DNA of 34,595 nt from an uncultured Clostridia bacterium (GCA_947088195.1 CAMUFS010000001.1:1-34595), one strand, 5' to 3'; positions 1-8,697 are shown, counted from the first letter of the stretch. Notes: generated by a model from the sequence alone, not told the origin. Program-made: numbers and translations.

Positions 1-34
1 CGCGTAAGCGCGGGTTTTGCGAATGTGGGAGTTA

Positions 35-81
35 GGTTGGATGCTCCTTGGAGCGTCCAACCGCACAGGTAGAAATTTTTT
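35..81 (+). terminator. Hairpin followed at a distance by a T-run; possible terminator of a gene upstream of the window
   Basis: GGTTGGATGCTCC (35-47) pairs with GGAGCGTCCAACC (50-62), with one G:T. The T6 run (76-81) lies 13 nt after the stem, which is atypical for an intrinsic terminator. Confidence 0.3.
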
Positions 82-132
82 AGAAAGAATAAATTTTAAA
101 TTTCAGCTAACTGTCACATTCAAGTCACAGGC

Positions 133-162
133 TTGACACAGGTCTTTTTTATATTTTATATA
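133..162 (+). promoter_or_regulatory. Sigma-A-type promoter for the VTC/DUF4956/CotH cluster
   Basis: TTGACA (133-138), 18-nt spacer, TATATA (157-162), about 30 nt upstream of the first CDS. Confidence 0.5.
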
Positions 163-191
163 GATATTTTGATAGGAAAGAGGGGATGTGT

Positions 192-893
192 ATGGAGCCT
201 TGTGAGCAGCCAAGACGAAAATTCCGGCATGAGACAAAGCATGAGTTGAGATATGTGGAATATCTAAGTATACGCAGCAGACTTCGAGCTGTGACTGGGC
301 TGGATGCCCATGTGGGAGAGGAAGGAACGTATCAGATACGGAGTTTATATTTTGACAATTATCGGGATAAAGCGCTACGCGAGAAAATAGATGGAGTAAA
401 TGAGAGAGAAAAATTTCGGCTTCGTTATTACAATGGCAATACAGACTTGATTTATCTGGAGAAAAAGTGTAAACTTGGCGGGCTGTGTAGTAAATTTTCT
501 GAGGAAATTTCAAAAGCTCAGGTGGCAAAGCTTTTAAGAGGAGATATAGAGACTCTTGGCAAATGTGAAAAGAAGCTTTTGATTGAGTTTTACGCAAAGA
601 TAAAGAATGAGCAGCTTAGACCTCGCGTGATAGTAGATTATCTAAGAGAACCATATGTATATGCTCCGGGAAATGTGCGTATTACATTTGACCGCAATAT
701 CTGCACAGGTCTGTCGCCTTCTCAATTCTTTCATTGGTCTTGTCCAACTGTACAGACAGACAAAGTGGAGACTGTTTTGATGGAAGTAAAATATGATGCT
801 TTTATACCGGAGATTATACAGATGTGTATTCGGGAAAATGAGCGGATGCAGGAGGCATTTTCAAAATATGCCGTCTGTCGTAGATTTGGATAA
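192..893 (+). CDS. VTC-domain protein (polyphosphate-polymerase-like, triphosphate tunnel fold)
   Basis: ORF 186-893. N-terminal R-x-E-x-K strand (FRHETKH), plus YQIRSLYFDN, REPYVY, VRITFDRN and LMEVKYD blocks typical of bacterial VTC (PF09359-like) proteins. The ATG at 192 has better spacing from AGAGGGG than the ATG at 186. Confidence 0.75.
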   Translation: MEPCEQPRRKFRHETKHELRYVEYLSIRSRLRAVTGLDAHVGEEGTYQIRSLYFDNYRDKALREKIDGVNEREKFRLRYYNGNTDLIYLEKKCKLGGLCSKFSEEISKAQVAKLLRGDIETLGKCEKKLLIEFYAKIKNEQLRPRVIVDYLREPYVYAPGNVRITFDRNICTGLSPSQFFHWSCPTVQTDKVETVLMEVKYDAFIPEIIQMCIRENERMQEAFSKYAVCRRFG

Positions 894-941
894 TGTAGTA
901 TGTAAGCCTGGCATAAAAATAAAAAGAAATGAGGGATAAAG

Positions 942-1625
942 ATGATAACAGCAGTAACTTTCAAGGATATTTTTAAAAGCAGCTTTACCGAAAACATAGC
1001 TTCCTTTAGTGTAATGGACACGGCGATCGCTATGGTATTGGCATTTTGTGTTGGATTGTTTATATTTATGGTCTATAAAAAAACATTTAATGGTGTTCTG
1101 TATTCAACAAGCTTTGGTGTGTCGCTGATGGCAATGACATTGATCACAACATTTGTTATTTTAGCAGTTACCTCGAATGTTGTACTCTCACTTGGTATGG
1201 TCGGTGCTCTTTCCATTGTTCGATTTCGCACGGCCGTGAAGGAGCCATTAGATATCGCCTATTTATTCTGGGCGATCGCGTCAGGCATTGTGCTGGGAGC
1301 GGGGATGATACCGCTTGCGGTGATTGGCACAGTTTTAATAGGAATTTTAATGTTGGTATTTGTAAACCGCAAGCCGGGGGAAAATCCATATATTGTTGTG
1401 GTGCGCTGTGAAAATGAATCGGCAGAGCAGGCATGTATAAAAGAGATGACAAGCTCTACAAAGAAACAGTTGATAAAGAGCAAAACGGTGTCAGGGGATG
1501 GCATTGAGATCACAGTGGAGGTGCGATTGCTGGAGATGGGAACGGAATTTATCAATCGACTAAGTAGCTTACATGGCGTAAAGAGTGCAGTGCTTGTAAG
1601 CTATAATGGGGAGTATGCAGGCTGA
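942..1625 (+). CDS. DUF4956-family integral membrane protein
   Basis: Several hydrophobic helices and the GALSIVRFRTAVKEPLDI motif characteristic of DUF4956, plus a soluble C-terminal domain. SD GAGGGA lies 5 nt before the ATG. Confidence 0.75.
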   Translation: MITAVTFKDIFKSSFTENIASFSVMDTAIAMVLAFCVGLFIFMVYKKTFNGVLYSTSFGVSLMAMTLITTFVILAVTSNVVLSLGMVGALSIVRFRTAVKEPLDIAYLFWAIASGIVLGAGMIPLAVIGTVLIGILMLVFVNRKPGENPYIVVVRCENESAEQACIKEMTSSTKKQLIKSKTVSGDGIEITVEVRLLEMGTEFINRLSSLHGVKSAVLVSYNGEYAG

Positions 1626-1656
1626 CAAACAGATGGTTACAAGAAATGAGGTAATT

Positions 1657-3429
1657 ATGATTAAAAAAAATTGGATTGATAGAATAGCTGTGGTCAGTAT
1701 TTTATTGGCACTTTTATTTTCTGTCACCCTCACCTATTTCCCACATGTTCTTGCACTTGAGGCAAAAGAGACAACTATGCCATATACAGAGCTGTTTGAT
1801 AAAAATCAGGTTATGACGGTTGATATTTTGATGGAGGATGACGATTGGAATGAGATGCTAGAGCATGCAGTCGAAGAGAATTATTATCGCTGTGATGTGG
1901 TGATCAATGGAATAACTTATTATAATGTGGGAATCCGTCCCAAAGGAAACACCAGCTTAACACAGGTTGCAAGCGATAGTACTACCGATCGTTACAGCTT
2001 TAAGTTGGAATTTGATCATTATGATTCTGCACAGACTTGCATGGGTCTTGATAAGCTGATATTAAACAATATGATAAGTGATGCCACATGCCGCAAGGAA
2101 TATATTTCTTATGATATTATGTCCTATCTTGGAGTGGAAGCTTCTCTGTTCTCTTATGCCAGTGTAAGCAGAAATGGAGAAAATTGGGGAATCTATTTTG
2201 CGCTGGAGGGAATGGAGGAATCCTATGCCACACGGGTATTTGGGGCAGATTATGGTGAGTTATATAAGCCAGAGGGCACTATGATAAGAGATGCAAGTGG
2301 CAGCCAAGGGGCATCCCTTGCTTATGTCGATAATGACCTAGACAGCTACAGTGCAATTTTTGATGGCGCGGTATTTCAGCCATCTAAGACAGATAAGGAA
2401 AGAGTGGTGGAAGCTCTTAAGAAAATAAGCGAAGGAGCAGAGATAAGTGAGGCGGTTGATGTAGATGCTATGCTTCGCTATATTGCGGCAAATACCTTTT
2501 TAATAAATGACGACAGTTATTTTGGCACAATGCTTCATAATTATTATCTATATGAGAAAGATGGCATCCTTACCATGCTGCCTTGGGATTATAACCTTGC
2601 CTTTGGCGGCTTTCAAAACCATAATACCAGTGAGGTGATCAATAGGGGAATTGATGATGTGGTAAGTGGAAATTTAGAAGAACGCCCGATTATAGAAAAG
2701 ATTCTAAAGGTTCCAGAGTATAAAGAGCAATATTATGAATATCTTGAAGAACTGATCTATAGATATTTTGAAAGTGGAAACTTTTCTGAAGTGATGAATA
2801 AACTGGATGTTTTGCTGGATGATTATATCAAGGAAGATCCAACGGCCTTCTTTTCCTATGAAGAATATATAGAAGCAAATGAGATGCTGCAGTTATTTTG
2901 CGAAAAAAGAGCAGCGAGTGTTCGCAGCCAGTTGGATGGTACATTAGAAAAAACGACATCAATGCAGATAAATGAGAATAAAATTGACACAGCCGATTTG
3001 GATATTTCTGTTATGGGATCACAAGGTGGAGCAGGTATGAATGGAAATAGAGGAGGCTTCGCAAAAGAAGTGGGGCAGTTTCCAGATGGAGAGGCCATGT
3101 CAAAGAGAGATGGAATGATGCCAGAAGAAAATAAGAATATGCCAGATGGAGTGATGATGCCAGAAGGGGAGATGCCTAATGAGATGGAAATGCTTGATGG
3201 TAATACAATGCCATTTTCACCAGAAATGGAAGGAGATCAGGGACAAAATCGTAGAGCGCAAGAAGCTGGTAATTTCCCCGGAGAATGGAAAGGAGGCGCA
3301 GGATTTAGGGGAGAGCTCCAAAATGAAACCAGCCAGCAGGACAATCTATGGATGTGGGTAGGAATCTCAGCAGTGGTTATGATTGTAGGTTTGTTATTTG
3401 TAAGATTATATCCGAGAAGTAGGTATTGA
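1657..3429 (+). CDS. CotH-family atypical protein kinase with N-terminal signal anchor and C-terminal TM helix
   Basis: CotH blocks (GIRPKGNTS, FKLEFDHY, ILNNMISDATCRKEY, YFALEGMEESY, LPWDYNLAFGG). Start moved to MIKKNW (GAGGT 6 nt upstream); the track start is 1606. The C-terminus has a Met/Pro/Glu-rich tract followed by hydrophobic LWMWVGISAVVMIVGLLFV. Confidence 0.85.
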   Translation: MIKKNWIDRIAVVSILLALLFSVTLTYFPHVLALEAKETTMPYTELFDKNQVMTVDILMEDDDWNEMLEHAVEENYYRCDVVINGITYYNVGIRPKGNTSLTQVASDSTTDRYSFKLEFDHYDSAQTCMGLDKLILNNMISDATCRKEYISYDIMSYLGVEASLFSYASVSRNGENWGIYFALEGMEESYATRVFGADYGELYKPEGTMIRDASGSQGASLAYVDNDLDSYSAIFDGAVFQPSKTDKERVVEALKKISEGAEISEAVDVDAMLRYIAANTFLINDDSYFGTMLHNYYLYEKDGILTMLPWDYNLAFGGFQNHNTSEVINRGIDDVVSGNLEERPIIEKILKVPEYKEQYYEYLEELIYRYFESGNFSEVMNKLDVLLDDYIKEDPTAFFSYEEYIEANEMLQLFCEKRAASVRSQLDGTLEKTTSMQINENKIDTADLDISVMGSQGGAGMNGNRGGFAKEVGQFPDGEAMSKRDGMMPEENKNMPDGVMMPEGEMPNEMEMLDGNTMPFSPEMEGDQGQNRRAQEAGNFPGEWKGGAGFRGELQNETSQQDNLWMWVGISAVVMIVGLLFVRLYPRSRY

Positions 3430-3613
3430 AAATCTTTCTTTAAGGTGTGAATAAATATATTTGTTATTGAAGAATTGAGGGGACAGGTATTTGAGTTGTC
3501 TGATTATCCATATACAGGTGCGCGGTATTATTATACCAAACAGCTAAAAATTCTTCCAGAAGCTTTTATATAGCAAGTAAATTGCAGGCATAGACAGATC
3601 TGTAAAAATATGG

Positions 3614-3642
3614 TTGACGAAGTCTATAAGATCTGTTATTAT
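3614..3642 (+). promoter_or_regulatory. Sigma-A-type promoter in the cotH/helicase intergenic region
   Basis: TTGACG (3614-3619), 17-nt spacer, TATTAT (3637-3642). Confidence 0.45.
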
Positions 3643-3689
3643 AAAAACTGTAGTGTTATGTACAGATATAATTGAAATAATATTGATTT

Positions 3690-3717
3690 GCGCTCTTCCT
3701 ACAGAAGGGCGCTTTTT
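3690..3717 (+). terminator. Intrinsic terminator-like hairpin about 50 nt downstream of the 3614 promoter (short RNA or leader attenuator)
   Basis: GCGCTCTTC (3690-3698), loop CTACA, GAAGGGCGC (3704-3712), then TTTTT (3713-3717); one G:T pair. Confidence 0.5.
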
Positions 3718-3725
3718 AATGCACA

Positions 3726-3830
3726 GGCCCGTGCAGAGGAAATATGCCACTGATGTGGCGCACGGGCCGCGCGGCGAGTAGGGGCGATAAATCTTCCCTA
3801 CTCGATTGTATAGGGATTGTGAGTATCCCT
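3726..3830 (+). promoter_or_regulatory. Structured 5' leader of the DEAD-box helicase gene (three successive hairpins)
   Basis: GGCCCGTGC (3726-3734) / GCACGGGCC (3760-3768); CGAGTAGGG (3775-3783) / CCCTACTCG (3796-3804); AGGGAT (3812-3817) / ATCCCT (3825-3830). Confidence 0.4.
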
Positions 3831-3882
3831 TGTGTAAGGAAAAACGACTGTAAGGATGCAGCAGAAATGGAGGAACTAGAAT

Positions 3883-5475
<1,593 letters not shown>

Positions 5476-5514
5476 GAGCAGTCGCCAAGAATTGTAAATA
5501 TTTGGAAATTTTAC

Positions 5515-5542
5515 TTGCTTTTTAAGAAGATAATGTTATAAT
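5515..5542 (+). promoter_or_regulatory. Extended -10 promoter for the MerR-family gene
   Basis: TTGCTT (5515-5520), 16-nt spacer, TGtTATAAT (-10 at 5537-5542). Confidence 0.5.
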
Positions 5543-5582
5543 TGAAATAACTGGAAAATATTTACAATTATAGGAGGCGGTT

Positions 5583-6269
5583 ATGGCAGAAAAACGATAT
5601 ATCATATCCGATGCCTCGAAACAGGTAGATGTGGAGGCACATGTATTACGATATTGGGAAGAAGAGCTGGTTTTGGAGATCCCAAGGAATGAGATGGGGC
5701 ATCGTTACTATACAGATGAGAATATCAGGCTGCTAAAGAATATTAAGGAGTTAAAGGATCAGGGATTTCAACTAAAGGCAATCAAGATGGTTCTTCCAGA
5801 GCTGATTAATTCCGGGGAGTATAATTTGGATTATGTGCTTGGGCGCAAGGAGGAGCTGAATAATAAGGTTATGGAGGAGGAAGCAAGAGCTTCAAAGGAG
5901 GCGGAACAGAAAAAAGTGGAGAAGAAGGAAAAGCTTCCTGTCTGTGCGGAATCAAAGAGTGAGGTACATGCCACGGCTCCTATTGCGGAGGACAAGATCC
6001 AACAGTTTCAGGTTATTATGACAAATATTATGTCTCGTGCTCTGGCGGAGAACAGCTCGCAGCTTGGACAGGAGATCAGCGACAGAGTCAGTGAGAGTGT
6101 CCTGAAGGAGATGGACTATTTGATGCGGCTTCAGGATGAAAAAGAGGAACAGCGTTATAAGAAGCTGGATGAGATGATTCGCAGCTATCAAAAGGGAAGG
6201 ATGGAGGCTGCTGCGACATCGGAGAACCCAAAAAAGACAAAGAAGAAACGTTTTTTTAGGAAAGCATAA
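5583..6269 (+). CDS. MerR-family transcriptional regulator (N-terminal HTH, long charged coiled-coil C-terminus)
   Basis: The first ~70 aa match the MerR winged-HTH pattern (VLRYWEEE..., RYYTDENIRLLKNIKELKDQGFQLKAIK). SD AGGAGG upstream. No recognisable effector domain. Confidence 0.8.
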   Translation: MAEKRYIISDASKQVDVEAHVLRYWEEELVLEIPRNEMGHRYYTDENIRLLKNIKELKDQGFQLKAIKMVLPELINSGEYNLDYVLGRKEELNNKVMEEEARASKEAEQKKVEKKEKLPVCAESKSEVHATAPIAEDKIQQFQVIMTNIMSRALAENSSQLGQEISDRVSESVLKEMDYLMRLQDEKEEQRYKKLDEMIRSYQKGRMEAAATSENPKKTKKKRFFRKA

Positions 6270-6273
6270 GCAG

Positions 6274-6301
6274 CAGAGGGTGGACATGCCCTCTGTTTTT
6301 T
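6274..6301 (+). terminator. Rho-independent terminator after the MerR-family gene
   Basis: CAGAGGG (6274-6280) / CCCTCTG (6289-6295) followed by TTTTTT. Confidence 0.75.
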
Positions 6302-6348
6302 ATGTGTATGGCACTTTAAAAAGTATATTGTATTGAGTCATGTTTGGG

Positions 6349-6500
6349 GATGGTCCGCACAGAGAACCGCCTATAGTCCTCCGTCACCGCGCTCCCGCTT
6401 AGTGAAAAACGTAACGGACACTAAGCTCGATAATACCTCGCTAAGTGCCGACGTTTTTCAATAGGTTCCGTAGGACTATGGGCGGTTCTCTGTGCTGTTT
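6349..6500. repeat. Copy A of a ~150-nt repeat whose core (6357-6495) is a 139-nt rod-like hairpin
   Basis: The 24-nt arms GCACAGAGAACCGCCTATAGTCCT (6357-6380) and AGGACTATGGGCGGTTCTCTGTGC (6472-6495) are complementary except for one T:G. The 91-nt interior has further internal pairing (GAAAAACGT/ACGTTTTTC). Confidence 0.9.
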
Positions 6501-6680
6501 TATCGGTAATGTGAGCATAATAGTAGTTGGTTTTATGGACTTTTTTGAAAATAGTGATAGAAAGATTTGGAGATAATAAAGGAAACAAATGGATAGAGCG
6601 ATGAGTAAAAAATAGTTTATAATGTCTTAAAGGTGAAGATATTGAGGGGGGTTAATAATAACATGTGTGGAATACCAAAA

Positions 6681-6832
6681 AAGCAGCACAGAGAATGACC
6701 TATGGTTCTACGGAACCTATTGAAAAACGTCGGCACTTAGCGAGGTATTAGCGAGCTTAGTGTCCGTTACGTTTTTCACTAAGCGGGAGCGCGGTGACGG
6801 AGAACCATAGGTCATTCTCTGTGCGGACCATC
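6681..6832. repeat. Copy B of the same repeat, in inverted orientation (hairpin core 6686-6824)
   Basis: The interior 6710-6800 is the reverse complement of 6381-6471 with a single mismatch (90/91). The arms GCACAGAGAATGACCTATGGTTCT / AGAACCATAGGTCATTCTCTGTGC are perfectly complementary. Outer flank GGACCATC mirrors GATGGTCC at 6349-6356. Confidence 0.9.
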
Positions 6833-6934
6833 TTCAAAAATAACACAAAAAGGTTCTATTTTATTATATATCAGAATATACTGTTAAAGTGTGTGTTTAA
6901 GATGTAAATTAGTAGTGCAGAAATGGGGAGTAAT

Positions 6935-7549
6935 ATGGAAATACAGGAAAAAGAGGAGAAACTTCTATATCAGAAGCTTACTTCTGAGGAGTTTATGGCA
7001 GATAGAAGGGAAGCAATTCGCTTTGTCAAAGAGTTTTTGTGGGATTGGAATCTGAAAGAACAGATACAGCAAAAGCGTATGCCTTTGAAAGCAGTGGAAG
7101 GACGGATTAAAACGCCGGAAAGTATTATAGAGAAGCTTAGAAAAAAGGGATATATGATTTCATTGAAGGGTGTGGAGCAGCTTCATGATCTGGCTGGCGT
7201 GCGTGCTGTGTGTAGTTATCTGGATGATGTGTACAGACTGAAGGAGTATATTGTGACATCAAAGAAAGTACAAGTATTGTCACAGAAGGATTATATCGCT
7301 TTGCCAAAAAAAAGTGGTTATCAGAGCTTGCATTTGCTTTTAAAGACGAGAACAGGTTTGGTAGAGCTTCAAATTCGGACGGTTGCGATGGATTATTGGT
7401 CTAATTTGGAGCATCCAGTTATATATAAGAAGGGGATTTATGCAGATGAAAAAGTGGGAAGAGAGTTAATAAGGTATGCCAGATTTTTAAGGGAAGTAGA
7501 TGGTATGTTAGTGGCGCTTAGAATGGAACGAGAAAAGCGTGTCAGATGA
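6935..7549 (+). CDS. Small alarmone synthetase (RelQ/RelP-like GTP pyrophosphokinase, RelA_SpoT domain only)
   Basis: Synthetase motifs are present: GRIKTPESIIEKL, DLAGVRAVCSYLDDVY, SGYQSLHLLL, ELQIRTVAMDYWSNLEH. The ATG at 6935 follows GGGGAG; the track start is 6923. Confidence 0.85.
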   Translation: MEIQEKEEKLLYQKLTSEEFMADRREAIRFVKEFLWDWNLKEQIQQKRMPLKAVEGRIKTPESIIEKLRKKGYMISLKGVEQLHDLAGVRAVCSYLDDVYRLKEYIVTSKKVQVLSQKDYIALPKKSGYQSLHLLLKTRTGLVELQIRTVAMDYWSNLEHPVIYKKGIYADEKVGRELIRYARFLREVDGMLVALRMEREKRVR

Positions 7550-7562
7550 CACGCCTTTCTTG
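7534..7562. terminator. Bidirectional terminator shared by the convergent alarmone-synthetase and ferredoxin genes
   Basis: GCGTGTC (7537-7543) / GACACGC (7548-7554). It is flanked by A-rich sequence on one side (read as TTTTCT on the minus strand) and CTTTCTTG on the other. It overlaps the synthetase stop codon. Confidence 0.55.
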
Positions 7563-7582
7563 TTCCATTTAACGTTTCTCTC

Positions 7583-7750
7583 TTATAAATTGATTGCGCC
7601 TGTAGGACATGCTGCTGCGCAGCTTCCACATTCAATACATGTGTCTGGATTGATCTCGTACTTTCCATCACCCTCGGAAATAGCGCCTACCGGACATTCC
7701 CCCTCGCATGTGCCACAAGATACACATTCATCGCCGATTACGTATGCCAT
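7583..7750 (-). CDS. Clostridial-type 2x[4Fe-4S] ferredoxin, 55 aa (absent from the ORF track, below its length cut-off)
   Basis: My own translation is MAYVIGDECVSCGTCEGECPVGAISEGDGKYEINPDTCIECGSCAAACPTGAINL*. It has two CxxCxxCxxxCP motifs and SD AAGGAGG 7 nt upstream of the ATG at 7750. Confidence 0.9.
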   Translation of the reverse strand: MAYVIGDECVSCGTCEGECPVGAISEGDGKYEINPDTCIECGSCAAACPTGAINL

Positions 7751-7846
7751 ACTTACATCCTCCTTAAATTCGAAATCAGGAACCTTCTTTGGTTTCTTAT
7801 CTTATTTTAGCAAAAAATATACAAGAAAACAAGTGTTAATTCATGT

Positions 7847-8608
7847 CTATTTCTCTAAATGTAGTTCTTTGCGTTTTTTGTGAAGCTCTTCTAGTATAAT
7901 GCTGCGTGCCTTGACGGCATCTGCTTTGTCAAGTGCAGGAACTCCTTTTAGGGGATATTCTATCCCCAAATTTTCATATTTTACTGCTCCCATGGTATGA
8001 TAAGGAAGTACATCCAGTGCTTTTAGGTTTGTAAGCTCTCCGAGAAAGCTTCCAAGGCGGCGCAGATATAGTTCTTTGTCCGTGATGCCGGGGACCACAA
8101 CGTGCCGTATCCAGAGAGGAATCTGATGCTTTTCCAGATATTTAGCAAATTTAAGAATCTGTTCATTGGGTTGACTGCAGAGCTTCTGGTGCTCCTCTGG
8201 ATCAATGTGCTTAATATCTAACATAACAAGATCTGTGAATGACATAAGCGCGTCCAATTTTTCTATATATGCGTGGTTTGATTCATTGTAGGCTATGCCA
8301 GAAGTATCTATGCAGGTATGAATATCTTGTTTTTTAGCTTGTTTAAATAATGCTAGTAGAAAATCAATCTGCATAAGGGGCTCACCACCTGTAACCGTCA
8401 GACCACCACCTTTTAAGAAAGGGCGATATTTCTCATAGTCGGTGAGAATCTCTTCAACAGTCATAATTGTCCCAGTATTCATCTGCCATGTGTCGGGATT
8501 GTGACAGTACAGGCAGCGCATGGGGCAGCCCTGAAAAAATACAACATAGCGGATGCCGGGACCATCCACGGTGCCAAAGGTTTCAATCGAATGAATTTTT
8601 CCATCCAT
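7847..8608 (-). CDS. pflA: Pyruvate formate-lyase activating enzyme (radical SAM glycyl-radical activase)
   Basis: N-terminal GxGxR plus CPMRCLYCHNPDTW (CxxxCxxC) and GGLTVTGGEP, all typical of PflA. It lies directly downstream of the pfl genes. Confidence 0.95.
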   Translation of the reverse strand: MDGKIHSIETFGTVDGPGIRYVVFFQGCPMRCLYCHNPDTWQMNTGTIMTVEEILTDYEKYRPFLKGGGLTVTGGEPLMQIDFLLALFKQAKKQDIHTCIDTSGIAYNESNHAYIEKLDALMSFTDLVMLDIKHIDPEEHQKLCSQPNEQILKFAKYLEKHQIPLWIRHVVVPGITDKELYLRRLGSFLGELTNLKALDVLPYHTMGAVKYENLGIEYPLKGVPALDKADAVKARSIILEELHKKRKELHLEK

Positions 8609-8624
8609 AATTTTCCTCGCTCTT

Positions 8625-8663
8625 TAAAAATATGGAGCTGTCTTAATGATGACAGCTCCATAT
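8625..8663 (-). terminator. Strong intrinsic terminator between the stand-alone radical-domain gene and pflA
   Basis: Perfect 13-bp stem ATATGGAGCTGTC (8630-8642) / GACAGCTCCATAT (8651-8663), followed by TTTTT on the minus strand (8625-8629). Confidence 0.8.
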
Positions 8664-8697
8664 TTGAAATTCTCTATTGGATCTAATTTCCTGTTCC

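Noticed and set aside
1-100. CGTAAGCG near the window start resembles the 3' tail of the c-di-AMP (ydaO) riboswitch consensus (..CCUCGUAAGCG..), and a hairpin follows it.
   Set aside because: Only about 12 nt of possible match are inside the window. The rest of the motif, if present, is upstream, and the T-run is not adjacent to the hairpin. This is not supportable from the sequence available.
103-597. 164-aa minus-strand ORF at the left end.
   Set aside because: It is antisense to the VTC-domain gene and its promoter. It has no SD and an implausible composition.
3544-3750. 68-aa minus-strand ORF in the cotH/helicase intergenic region.
   Set aside because: It spans the plus-strand promoter and terminator pair and the leader hairpins. 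It has no SD and no motif. The region is better explained as non-coding regulatory sequence.
6935-7549. The small alarmone synthetase could be a toxSAS toxin of a toxin-antitoxin or defence module, since it sits next to repeat elements.
   Set aside because: No small adjacent antitoxin ORF is present on either side; the neighbours are the repeats and a convergent ferredoxin. The sequence has the usual RelQ/RelP housekeeping motifs. Nothing phage- or mobile-element-related lies nearby.
7539-7883. 114-aa plus-strand ORF from the track.
   Set aside because: It is antisense to a textbook ferredoxin gene and overlaps the pflA 3' end. It has no SD and a low-complexity Ser/His/Pro-rich composition. 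It is a shadow ORF.
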